Shown piece by piece: positions 37,436-49,000 of a stretch of 64,000 bases of DNA (position 1 is the first letter of the stretch; each line of letters begins with the position of its first letter). Both the position numbers and the translations under genes were made by a program. Under the pieces are notes generated by a model. The model saw nothing but the letters and a program-made list of their open reading frames with translations. It had not been told where the DNA came from and did no database searches. Source of the DNA: Perkinsus chesapeaki ATCC PRA-425 (taxonomy: Eukaryota > Protista > Perkinsozoa); assembly GCA_013115145.1 (NCBI GenBank), contig JAAPAO010000008.1:98045-162044 (forward strand), given 5' to 3'.

Positions 37436-40400
37436 ATGGCAGACGTCTTCTGTGCTATCCCAGAGTGCAACAACGAAACACTTCGTGTGTTGTATTATCC
37501 GCAAAACCGGATTGATCCCGGAATAAAGCCAGAGTGGCTCTCCCGAGTCGCGGTCAATGCGCGCATGGATGAGTTTGGTAGCGAACAGTTGACCAGATTG
37601 CATATTCATAAGCTCTGTTACATAGAGGCTCCTACAGAGTGTGGAGCTTTCCTTGGCGAAGCGAATGTCACACTTGAGGGGTTAGAGAAAGCGTTTGCCT
37701 TTGTGGTACATTGTATACATTTCGACGCACTCGGAGCACAATGCAAGATACACGCAAGGCTGTACAACCTTCCATCCCTCTTGAAGCCATCTTCGCCAGT
37801 AGAAATGGAGCCGGGGCACCTAGTGTGCGCGGAAGGGTTAGTATCGGCAATCTGGCCACGATACGACGCCTTTCTTGAAGCCCTTCCCTCACCATGCGGG
37901 GAATGTTTTTATACGTCATCCCGCCTGACGTCCGATGGCTCCTGTGAAAATTGCGGGGTTCGAAAACGTCGGCAGCAAGAGTCAGCGCAATGTAAAGCTT
38001 CCTGCTGCTCCAGAATGCAATTGAGGATACAAGATTACGGGATGGCGGTCCGAGAAATAATCGTCGAGGTTAGCGGAGAGGTGGCACTTCACGAGGCGAA
38101 GAAATGCTTTCAACTTGGTGCGCGGACGGTAGCAGCCGTGCTCCTCTGCTCACTTGTGAGTAGGTGAGCAAGTACGTGTTGCTGGAATCATCGATAAGGA
38201 GGTTGTGCCACTTCCCCAACCCATGAACAAGAACAAGAATTGTCCAGGCTTCCGGCTCATACTCAAGGTGTGCGCAAAACCCTTCGCTCGTTTGAGTGCC
38301 TTTGGAGCACTTGATCAGATGCTTAGTGAAAGCGGTATACCCTCTCTATAGCGTTGTGGGACTTCGTACCTCACTCAGGTGGCTTACATGATTCCATTTG
38401 AACCGGTCCCCTCACTTTTCTATGGCACCAGATGCTTTGACCAAAGTCTAAGAGATACATTCTCTGAAAAAGTATTGGCGACTTCTTCCACAGCAGCCAC
38501 AGCAGGAACAGCTGAAGTAGTGCCAAGTTGCTGCTCGTCCTATGCTTGGTATCTACGTCTCGCATTTCTCAGGTAGCTCGGCGAATCAAAACTATTTTTA
38601 ATGGTAAGACCCTCTCACATAACTCGTTTATGCCGGTTGCCTGTTGTACTGTACGAACTTCTCCGGGCCTGGTGACCGCCCCAGTCCGTTAGAATCACGA
38701 CGAAAGCATCATAGCGGATATTAATCTTCGCAGGTCACATCCTCACTTCAGTGGCCGCTTCAATGTTCCCTTCATTTCGACAAGAACAGGCGCGTAAGAT
38801 AGCTAAGGCGCTCATACTTGCAGTCGCAAGTAAGCGGTACCTGCGACCTCCCAAGTCGAGCACCGCTGGGAATAGGTTCAAGCGATGGTTCTTTTGTCGG
38901 TGACCATCTGAGAATACTACTATTACAAGAGTCAGGTGACTCTTCGGCCTGGCAAGCCATGGTTCAAGTAGGCCACGCATCCCTCGGACTACATACGGTT
39001 ATGAGTTCCTCGAATTAGGGAGTTACTACTGTTCACCCCGGAGCACTGCCCATGCGGTGTTGCTCTTCTGTGCAACTTCTTCCAAGTACCTCCAATGACA
39101 GCCATTGGGTTCGCGCAGGAGAGCTCGTAAGCATGCCTCAAACGGGTTAGGGGGAGTTTATGAGCATCACAGACAGGAATATCGTCTCGTGATGAGACAA
39201 TAACGCGTAGCGGTGAGGAGCATCTTGAAACCGTTACGTTAGCATCGGCAGTCCCTCTTGGCCCACAGGGTCGTGTGCCAACAGGAAAGTTTAGTTGCTC
39301 GGGAGTGCGGCTGGTGTATGCCTTCTTGAACACATTGACAAGCTTCCCAAGCCCCAACTGAACGCCTTGGTAAGTGACAGGCCGATGAAGCCTCTGCCAG
39401 GTAGCAGCAGAGAAGCTGTAAAACATACAGCCCGAAGTGCTGTTTGTAGGCCTCTCCGTAAGAACATTCCGAAGGTGTTCGTTACTTGCCACGATTAACG
39501 TAAAATACGGCCGCTATGACGCCAGTCGGAAACTTGCTGACAATTTGGGACCATTGACTGTGGGCTGCCCCACACCTTGATCATGTTTCGACGCTCCTTC
39601 CCACTTCAGAAGCTTGCATCGTCATTCGACCTCATCCTTCTATCTCCAAGCGTCACACCGCAAGCGTCATACGTTAGAGGCTCTGGGGGCAAAGCTATAC
39701 TGGATCTCCCCGAAGCGATCAGCTATCTGAAGTAGAAACTCATTTAGCCCTGTCGAGTTTGACCGTGAAGGTATGTGCGAGACACAAAGAGCGACTTACC
39801 ATGGAGCGAAGAGGCTGAAGAGTATTTCAAAAAAAGGTTGAATCAACTTGGTGAAGGTCAAGAAACTCTAAATAGCTCTTCATCATCTCTCGCCGTTCAG
39901 CATCTCAAAACAACCACATGGCGGGAGTGACTCCGCCGGTTACCTCGGCCCTCCGCAAATCTACCCTCTTAAGGATGTGCCGAGGGTGTGCTAGGATAGA
40001 GCTTAGCGACAAAATTGATGTTGTCCACGTGAAGCAAGCATTAGAAGTAAAAGGTCCAGTAGTATACATGAACTGGTAGTTATGCTCTAAGCAGCCTATT
40101 CCGTGTGTCCAATCTACTAGGTGGTACGGTCTTAAAGCTTCTGAATCTAATTGTGAGACAGTGTATAGCCGATAGTTGTAGTAGTAGCAATTAGAGTAAT
40201 CATCCTACCCGTTCTTGGAATACCTTGTTATATGCATTGACAAATGGTATCCTCTGGTGATGTAGATATATCTCGTGAGTGCTTCGATGAGGCAGGACGC
40301 GTTGGGGATATCCGATATTAGCGAAGAAGTCGCCCAGCATGTATCAATTCAAGACCCGAAGACTTGGACAGCATCGGCTGGTATGTGCCTTAGGAAAGCG

Positions 40401-40538
40401 CGGAAACTCGTACAGTTCGCCGTCGAGGCAAAGGGAAGGCTGCAAGACGAAGAGAGTTTCTCTCACTGTGTCAACAAGAATTCAGGCGAAGAGAGGAGCT
40501 CACCGGAAACGAATTACGGGATCTTGCCCGGGAAGTAA
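37436..40538 (+). CDS. MCM-family paralogue with degenerate ATPase motifs (MCMDC2-like)
   Basis: N-domain KIHARLYNLP, GHLVCAEGLV, CxxC..CxxC, QLRIQD, REIIVEV; Walker A position HLRILLLQESGDSS (38905); Walker B position GVCLLEHIDKL (39313); Arg-finger position LASSFDLI (39613); C-terminal TLLRMCRGCARIELSDKIDVVHVKQAL (39963). 3' end uncertain. Confidence 0.72.
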
Positions 40539-41177
40539 ACGGAGCGGGGTCATCCTCCTTTGGCGATGCTGTTGACGGGCACTGTGTAGGCTGGTTGCGA
40601 GCTTGATGCGGAATGCGATGCCTTGATCGAGGAGGCAAATTACACTGGCTGCATTCTGAAGAAGTCAGGAGACGTGTACGAGTATTGCAGATGAGCACAG
40701 GAGATTCTCAATTGTCTTCGATTCTCAATTCCATGGTTTCTTGCCAAATACTGTCTTGTATTGCTCAAGTGTTAAAGATTGTCCTGAACTCGACCGGGAG
40801 TATCTATTCCAGAGTATCCTCGAGCCAAGCAACCTGCTAATGCCACGGGCCGGCGAGTAGGGAATGCGTTTTACAGCCAACTGAATATCTCAAATTGCGG
40901 AGGGGCCTTATAATTGTGAGGATCTCACTAGTGGGCGGCATGCCGCACATGCGTGCGTGACGTAGCTTGCAGTCTCCCACGGTGTCACGGAAAGATTCCC
41001 GTTTATTCTATTCGCACTGCGAAATTCGCAGAAGAGCTGTTGATGAGAAATCACGTTTCCAGTTGAGACTCTTGTAGAGGCTCTTTCTGATGGCAGGTTT
41101 CGGATAGTTTTGGTAGACCATGTTTGCCAGGGAGTCCGCCTTTATGATATTTTTCAGCTACTTGAAACCCGCATCAT

Positions 41178-42431
41178 ATGTCAGAGGTTTGCCAGGATGT
41201 CAATGAAACACCAAAATCTAGGAAAGGATTATCAACTATAAGAGCTGCATCAAGCCTAGTGATGACCGCTATAGGGCTGGGGATTCTGACTCTGCCCCGC
41301 GCGTTTGCCCAGTCCGGTTGGTTGGGTGGCTTCATCAGTCTTTTCCTCAGTTGTGGTGTCTCCGGGTATTGCAGTCTCGTCCTCTGGCGAGCCCTCTTTC
41401 TGGATCCACAAGATCGTGATAGGCCAGTAGGCTCAATTGAAGAGCTAGCCATGATTGCCCTCGGGCCGGTCGGTAAAGTCATCGTTGGTGTTATATACCA
41501 CCTGCTCCTCATCGGTGTATGCTCCATGCTGTTAGTGGTTATGGCCGAGGCATTCTTCGTTATGAGCGGCGTCCTCAACAAACGAGTCTGGGTAGCTTTA
41601 TGTGGAACGATGAATATCCCTCTATCATGGATAAGGCATATGAAGGATGTTGGGTTGGCAGCGGCAATCGGTGTGTTCTCGGTTACTGTAACGACTCTTA
41701 TGATCATTATCTGCTGTAGCGACGAGATATCCACCCAGGACGTGAAGCCCGATTCCCAGCTTCTCCCTAAAGCTACATTGGTCTTGTTGTACAGTTTCAA
41801 CAATTTCCTGCTATCCTTCACCGTCGGAGTGACCGAACCACTAATAGTAGCAGGAATGAGGTCCCCAAGAGACTTTCCGAAGGCTCTTATAATGGCTTTC
41901 ACGTTCATCTTTGCCGTTTATGTAGCTGTTTCGGTTCTCGGGTATGTAGCGTATGGAAAGACCTTGAATGTTGTGGATTCAGTAGTCCAGGCGATCTGCC
42001 CACCGGGAGAGCCTCTCACGGTAACAGGTTGGATTCTCAACTTCATTCTCATTGTGCTCACAGCCATACACCTTCTTCTCCTCATGATGCCCACCGCCCA
42101 ACTACTTGACTCATTTTTCGAAGGATGTGAATCCCGGGGGCGGGTGCTTAATGTCACCCTTGTGATTGTCCCCCGGACTCTACTTGTTTGCCTCATTTCC
42201 CTCATCGGAGTTGCGGTGCCCAGGGTGGACATCCTAGTCAAGTTCATGGCTGCGGCCTTTATTGTGCCAATAACAATTTTGTTGCCCCTTTTGACCTATG
42301 GAAGGCTCACGAGCCTCAATGGTATCAAACAAAACCCTTTCCAACTTATCATTCATTTCTGTCTAGCCTGCATAGGCGTTTTTGCCGTTGGATTCGGGAT
42401 CTATGGTGCGATTGTTACCACGAATATTTAA
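41178..42431 (+). CDS. amino acid/auxin permease (Aa_trans) family transporter, intronless, copy 1
   Basis: 417-aa ORF with about 11 hydrophobic segments; AIGLGILTLPRAFAQSGW, LSWIRHMK, PRDFPKAL. Confidence 0.92.
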   Translation: MSEVCQDVNETPKSRKGLSTIRAASSLVMTAIGLGILTLPRAFAQSGWLGGFISLFLSCGVSGYCSLVLWRALFLDPQDRDRPVGSIEELAMIALGPVGKVIVGVIYHLLLIGVCSMLLVVMAEAFFVMSGVLNKRVWVALCGTMNIPLSWIRHMKDVGLAAAIGVFSVTVTTLMIIICCSDEISTQDVKPDSQLLPKATLVLLYSFNNFLLSFTVGVTEPLIVAGMRSPRDFPKALIMAFTFIFAVYVAVSVLGYVAYGKTLNVVDSVVQAICPPGEPLTVTGWILNFILIVLTAIHLLLLMMPTAQLLDSFFEGCESRGRVLNVTLVIVPRTLLVCLISLIGVAVPRVDILVKFMAAAFIVPITILLPLLTYGRLTSLNGIKQNPFQLIIHFCLACIGVFAVGFGIYGAIVTTNI

Positions 42432-42651
42432 CTGCTTACAAAGTAGCATGTGGAATCCACTTTGGGATCTCCAAGCTTGTTTGCTACACTTAAGATTTCA
42501 CACATTTCACAATATAATGACTCTTTTGTTAAGTCCAGAGTATTGTCGATGTACTATTTGACAGCTCGGATACACTCTCGTTGTCCTACAATAGAAATAG
42601 TGAGATGTGTGTTGCGACAATTTCTTCAGTTCTGTCTCTTTGCTATCCAGC

Positions 42652-42695
42652 GCATGCGTGCATGGGCTACCGCTCAAGTTGCACGCATGCACAAG
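42652..42695. promoter_or_regulatory. inverted pair of TGCACGCATGC motifs upstream of transporter 2
   Basis: gcatgcgtgca at 42652-42662 and tgcacgcatgcacaag at 42680-42695. Confidence 0.4.
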
Positions 42696-42783
42696 GGGGG
42701 GTCCCACAAAGAGAACGGTGCGCTGCAATAATACTCGCTCTTCTAGGCTTGAGCTCATTAGGGCTTTCTTGACTATCCGACTA

Positions 42784-44025
42784 ATGTCCTTCTCTGAAGA
42801 TAAGATCGATGGCAGCGGCGGTGTTTCTGTTTGGCGCTCTGCAAGCAGCTTGGTTATGACTGCCATTGGTCTTGGGATTTTGGCTATGCCCCGAGCTCTG
42901 GCTGAATCTGGATGGGTCAGTGGTCTTCTCAGCCTTTTTTTGAGTGCCGTTGTCGCCGGCTTCGGTTGCCTCATCTTATGGAAGGCCACTTTTCTTAACC
43001 CTGATTCTAGAGACACACCTATGTCAACTTTTGAGGAAATTGGTAGAGTGAGCTTTGGCAAGGCTGGTGCTACCATCTCCTCCCTCCTACTGCACACCCT
43101 CCTAATCTTTGTATGTGCTGTACTCCTTGTAGTATTGGCTTCAAGCCTCTTGACTTTAACAAGGACCCTTAACTTAAGATTATGGATACTCATATGTGGA
43201 GTTATCTGTCTACCACTAAGCTGGATCAAGCACATGAAGGAGGTCGGTTTAGTGGCCGCTTTCGGCGTTGCGACTGTTGCAGCGGCAGTTATCTGTATTA
43301 TGTGTGCTTGTATCGCAGCATATATAGGAGAAGAGAGTACACCGGATTACCAAGTATCCTCTGGGTCACCACTGGTGTTAGTCTCTACCTTTAACACTTT
43401 CTTATTGTCGTTCACCGTCAGCGTCACCGAACCTACCATTATTTCGGCTATGGAGAAGCCTCAAGACTTCCCTAAAGCTCTCTTAATGGCATTCACGTTT
43501 ATTCTATGTGTATATGCGGCGGTGTCGGTGTTAGGATATCTAGCATTTGGCAACACCCTTCTCAGCCGCGATACCATAGTAGAGGCTATTGCTCCTCCGG
43601 GGGCCAGCCTTAGTGCGGTAGCATGGATTATTAATATCGTCATGCTACTACTGGTAGCTGTCCATCTACTAGTCCTCTTCATGCCTACTGCTCACTTCAT
43701 TGACTCACTACTTCGTTTCGATGATATGAAGCGATGGCAGAACCCTACTAGGGCCGGTATTGTTCGTATCCTCACCCGTTCATTACAGCTTGGCCTTTGT
43801 ATTGTCTTAGGCGTAGGTATACCCAGTGTGGATCGTTTGGTGGGCATTTTGGCAGCATTCTGCATTATAGTGCTATCTGTGGTGCTGCCTATTGCTTTTT
43901 ACATACGCCTCAAGTACCTCAACAAAGAGCCCTTCAATAAGCTGGAACTCGCTGTGGCCCTTTTTTTGCTTGTACTTAGTCCCGTGTTCATAGGAATCGG
44001 TATGTACGAGGCTGTGACATCATAG
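42784..44025 (+). CDS. Aa_trans family amino acid transporter, intronless, tandem copy 2
   Basis: ATG 42784 (MSFSEDKI) in frame within ORF 42607-44025; ASSLVMTAIGLGILAMPRALAESGW; clear paralogue of 41178-42431. Confidence 0.92.
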   Translation: MSFSEDKIDGSGGVSVWRSASSLVMTAIGLGILAMPRALAESGWVSGLLSLFLSAVVAGFGCLILWKATFLNPDSRDTPMSTFEEIGRVSFGKAGATISSLLLHTLLIFVCAVLLVVLASSLLTLTRTLNLRLWILICGVICLPLSWIKHMKEVGLVAAFGVATVAAAVICIMCACIAAYIGEESTPDYQVSSGSPLVLVSTFNTFLLSFTVSVTEPTIISAMEKPQDFPKALLMAFTFILCVYAAVSVLGYLAFGNTLLSRDTIVEAIAPPGASLSAVAWIINIVMLLLVAVHLLVLFMPTAHFIDSLLRFDDMKRWQNPTRAGIVRILTRSLQLGLCIVLGVGIPSVDRLVGILAAFCIIVLSVVLPIAFYIRLKYLNKEPFNKLELAVALFLLVLSPVFIGIGMYEAVTS

Positions 44026-44200
44026 AGGAGCGGTTAACTACTGGCGTTCGGGGCCATTGGGCGATTGATCATCTGAGTTTAAATATATAATGTTGTATCG
44101 TACAATTTTATCGCGTATGCGATGGGGAAGGCGAGTCTCCCTATTTCATTTTCCTTGCAGACTGATGTAGCAAGGGCTTTTCCGCCCCTAGACGTAGTGA

Positions 44201-44885
44201 TTAGACAAATGTAATCAACTGTGCTGGTTGATAACCATGTACGTCAATTCTGACTGCCTTTCTAGTGGCGATTGCTATTATCATGCTCTCGAGATATCCG
44301 ACGACTATATTGATCGTCGTTGGTAGGGACTCTTCAATATTCAATCTCTCATATTCTGTGCTGAGTTTCCAGTCCGCGATAGAATTCACATAGGGTAACC
44401 GAAGAACAAACCCTGTATCCAACTGTTTACTGGCCTCCACAATCTATACACTGTAGTCCTCCAAATTAACATAGAATATCGCGTTTTTGTGACCATTCTC
44501 TGCCAGATTTGCGACTCTGTGGGCTGAACTCAGAGAATCTCGTTCTTATACGCCCTTTAATATACCGCCCAGGCTTCAGCGTCGAACACTTACTGGTGAT
44601 TGAGCCGCCTGAAGAGCGCCCTGCATCTTAGAATGAGGGGTGGCTATGCCTGCTCGTAATACTCGTCGGTCTACCAGCGGACCTATGGTTTCAACTTGAG
44701 CATGAGATCCTACGCTCGGCGTGATGAAAGCTATCATGGAGTTGACTATCGTATCGTTATTATTAGCAGAAGGGTACACCAATTCTCTTAAGTCATCGAA
44801 GAGAGCGATTCCTTTGTTGTGTGATAAACCGAATTGACCAAAGCGAACTGTATGATCCGTGTGTAGGATCGCATGTTCACTGGAT
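44201..44885 (-). pseudogene. decayed reading frame of unknown identity
   Basis: ORFs 44576-44782 and 44201-44440 share one frame; about 228 codons with only 3 internal stops (TGA, TAA, TAG). Confidence 0.35.
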
Positions 44886-45012
44886 TATACAATTTGCACA
44901 ACTCAGTATTATGCTTCAGAGCGAATGGCAAAGTTTTTCTTCAGACCTCAGACGAGGTCAGCAAGTAAGCGGATGTTAATCATCATATACATTGATCTTT
45001 CACACAAGTTGG

Positions 45013-45189
45013 TCTCAGTTAGATCATTTCATTCAAATATCACTCAGGATAAGTAAGCGGAATGAATATCATCATTGATTAAATAACCAAATGCTCAAGC
45101 AGCATTCACTTGCATTATTCTCTCAGTTAGATCATTTCATTCAAATATCACTCAGGATAAGTAAGCGGAATGAATATCATCATTGATTA
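45013..45189. repeat. perfect 69-bp direct repeat with a 39-bp spacer
   Basis: 45013-45081 equals 45121-45189 (tctcagttagatcatttc...catcattgatta); degenerate partial copy near 44963-44995. Confidence 0.92.
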
Positions 45190-45316
45190 TGCACTGCTTA
45201 ATATGCAGCAATATTCATCAATGATAAATTAGTCAGTTAACATAATCAATAGTTGTATGAATATTAAATGATTGTGATGGTGTTGTTCTTCTCATGGGTG
45301 GTGCAATGAGCACAAA

Positions 45317-45332
45317 TGCACGCATGCACAAG
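45317..45332 (+). promoter_or_regulatory. TGCACGCATGCACAAG motif
   Basis: 16-nt exact match to 42680-42695. Confidence 0.4.
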
Positions 45333-45814
45333 ATTCCGACACGTTACTGGGCGAAGCGAGATTCACGTTCGGAGATAATCTTTACTGTGAGGTGCAAAAG
45401 CACAACCTACAGCAAGTATTGAGCTGTTAATGAAGCTAACTAAGCTTATCCACATTACCCCAGCCAAGTGTGATCGTTTAGAACTGGTGCTCATCAATAA
45501 CCGTGTTCTAATGGATCGGTTTACGGTGAAATTCCTTTAACCCACATTCGACTCTGGTGCCTGAGTTCCTAGTCGGAACTGTCCTCTATTCCTATACATT
45601 TTGCACTGTCATTGAGTGTGCATGCCTTCATTGTTATTTCGTACATGATTTGGGTTTAGTCTTCTTTCAAGTGATGATATTTACCTACTCCATACGTTTG
45701 ACTTAACCCAACAGAGGTGGCACATTGCAGTGTATTATTAAACGCGAACATTTCGATATAGCAACGAGAGCAGTTCTTATTTCATTACGGTGATTCCAGT
45801 AGAGATAGACGTAT

Positions 45815-45849
45815 GAGTAGTAGTAGCAGTAATAATAATAATGATGAGG
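45815..45849. repeat. compound trinucleotide low-complexity tract (agt/aat/gat)
   Basis: gagtagtagtagcagtaataataataatgatgagg. Confidence 0.8.
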
Positions 45850-46096
45850 ATGCTTAGTTACAGCAACCGCTTACAACCATGGTCACACAGAGACTCCTCC
45901 TATATGAGAGTAAGCCACCAGAATGTAGAGGCAGCAATGGTATCTCGTGGAACGATCGAAATGAGGTGGCGATGAGGAGCGACTATAATTACTAACCGCT
46001 AAAGACAATTAAACCATCTTTAGCTTATTAACAACAACATCAGCAACGAGGAGGGGATCATCATCAATACAGTCAGGATTAAACGTGATAGCGAAA

Positions 46097-49000
46097 TCAT
46101 TGAGCACCATAGCGAGCAAACAGTCTTTGAAGCCACTGAGTTGTTTGAGCAACTTGGGGATCACGCCCACCGAGGGAATTGCCCAATGTCACCAACTTCG
46201 ATAGGAATGGTGCATCCTAACATCACATCAAAACACTATAATAACGCGGTAAGGCCACTGCTACTTACTCGCAAGTAGGAGGTCAACTGCTGTTGGAATG
46301 CCATCACCAAATCCCCTACCACTCCGAGGGCTGATTTTAAAGTGTCCGGAGAACCTGGTACCACACGGGAGTACGTCACCTGTGTCAGGACACCCTCAAC
46401 CTTACTGCAGCCATCATCGACAATTTTGACAACAAACTCGAGGATGCTTTGTACATAGTCCTTCAGCATGTCCAATTTATTACCGTCTCTCATACCGTGA
46501 ATCATACCTGATATATCCTCCTAACCCCAATGGACCCAGAGGTCAACAACAACACCTTACCAGTGTAAGCCTCTAAAACAGAGCTCCGCAAATCATTCAC
46601 ATAATCTATCCACTCCTCATCGGCATCAGCACTCGCCGTTATCGCGGTGGCCTGCTGTGCTACCATCATCACTGTTGGCAAGTACTTGGCGAATACTAAA
46701 CCGGCAGCTCCTCACCCGCCCCAGCCCTAGTCCAATGCCTTACCTCCTTTAACTGCTAAGGCGACATCCGATATAGCTCGGAAAACATCAGGCTTGAGCT
46801 TCTTATCTGCGTCCTGGTTCTGCATCAACATTACCATGGCTTCCATCATCTTATCGAGAAGGGCCTCATTGGGACCTGCTCAAGATAGCATCCTTCAGAG
46901 CCATCCTACTGGCCACTTACCCTCAGCCAAGGTATCATCCAAGGCCCTAGCGAGATCACCAACAGCTCCAATAGCCATCTGGCAAACCTATAGGAGATTG
47001 TAAACCAACCTAGTAGAGTGAAATTGATGTTACTGAAAACTCTTCGTGGTTGCTGATTGCTGCTATAACAACTGGTCCAAATTGCGGCATATACTTGTTG
47101 AATTTCTGATAGAATAAATGTTTAACGGTAGTCAGCCCTATGATAGTTCGTATCCTTGCCCTACTACCTTTCCGAGAGCCGACGCCAAACTTGTCACCGC
47201 CAGCAACGCTTCCTCGTGCACCTGCCGCCATACAGCCTTATCCTCACACTACCTTCGCAGGGTCATCACTTACCACAATAGTGTTAGGATGAGATGATTG
47301 CTGTAGATGCTGATACAGCTCGAAGACCTGACTTAGCATTTACCCCTCAGTTCACCTCGCCCGCTAGCATTACCCCCATATACAGCTGCATAAGCTTATC
47401 TGCCATGGGCTCCATATCAGCACTGCCCTTCATTCGCTGTGTTACAACCTATCATACCACACTTCCTTCAAATCAGCGACCCATCCCCCTATTACCTGAA
47501 GGTTCCCGCATATATGACCGTGCAACTCCAACTCTTTATCGTTCAGTTGCTGTACCACAGCTGGGTTCAAAATCTGCCACAATAAAGAGCGTCGGAAATC
47601 CAAAGCCACCACCGAACTGGCAGCACCTGCTCCAATCTAGAAGCCATCTCCCCTGCCAGCTCCGGCATGTGCTTCTGGACATCCTTCCCACTGCTGCTAA
47701 CAATGGAGCTTACAGCAGCATACGCTGCATTACGAAGGCCACGCTTCGCTCCGTCGGGGCGCTGATGCACATTTGCCATTTTCATACACCGTTAGCCGTC
47801 CTCACCTGAGCAGTCTCCAAAAGCCTCTGGACAATTTGAATGAAGTAAGGGGAGAGTATTGTAGTTGGTGCGTCCCGATCCTGGTCGCTGCCAAGTACAT
47901 CGAATATCCAGCAACTGAGTGAGGGCATCAATACTGCATCATCTCCACCACCAACAAGCATTGGTTGCCTCCTTTTCTTACATATTAACAGCCACTCTAG
48001 GCTCGTCCTGGAGCTTAGCAAACAGCACCGGTATAAGCTCTGCCAGCATCTGAGGGTTCTGCGCGAAGATAGGCGTGTGGAATTGAGCGATCCTGCCAAG
48101 GATGTCATGAAAGCTATAACCACACCACCATACCGTCCGATCGTCCACGCTGCAGTGTCCCTTACTGCCGCCGATTGGTCATTCAAAGCGGCCACTATAT
48201 GAGGAAGCGACTGACATACATACCATTAATACCTTCCAATAGGGCCCAGCCTACCGCTTGAACTGGTGGCCCCAGCTTGGCGGTTGAAGGACCGTCCATA
48301 ATAGAACCATACCTGACCATAGCCTTGCCAACGCCTCCAACTGCGGACATTACGCTAAGATAGCTGCCTCCCTATGATGCCAGTCCGGCGCACCAAAGTT
48401 GTTATTCACAAAGACAAGTACCGGCTCCACACACTCATCCCCCACAACCTGAGCCACTAGGGAAAGGCAAGTGCCAGCCGCCATCCCTGCGCTCCACGTA
48501 TCATCGTCATCATCTTCATCCTAAATACCATACCATCCACCCGACACCAAGGCTAAAGATGCTCCTACAAGTTGCTGGTTAGCAGCCGCTATCTTCTCTG
48601 TCAGCAATGGGATAAGGAAGCCCAACGCTTGACGGATGAAGTTCTGTGATTGGCGCGGCGGTGCTCGACCTTCACTTCTGGCCTGACAGGAACCCTACAT
48701 GACCATGGGAGCCAGAAGGATAGCTCACCTCCTGCTCGACGTCCTTGAGGAAGATCTCTTCATCACATATGGAAGACCAGAGCTCCATGGCCGGGATGGC
48801 CAGGTTATCGCCGCCCTTTGATATGCACTCAAACGATAGCTGCCCAAGAGACAGTAGCCGTCAGGTTACGAATAAGCCGCTATTACATTGCCGATAATAG
48901 GCATGTAAGGAGCCATGAAATCATAGTACTCTGACACCGCCTGGACCAAATCCTCATAGGCCGCCACCTTCACATTATCGTCGACATGCTTAGCATTCTC

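Noticed and set aside
41174-43682. long antisense ORFs 41174-41908, 42507-43235 and 43461-43682
   Set aside because: Shadow frames of the hydrophobic transporter genes
45013-45189. repeat-spacer-repeat as a CRISPR array
   Set aside because: Only two repeats, 69 bp is too long, eukaryotic context, no cas genes
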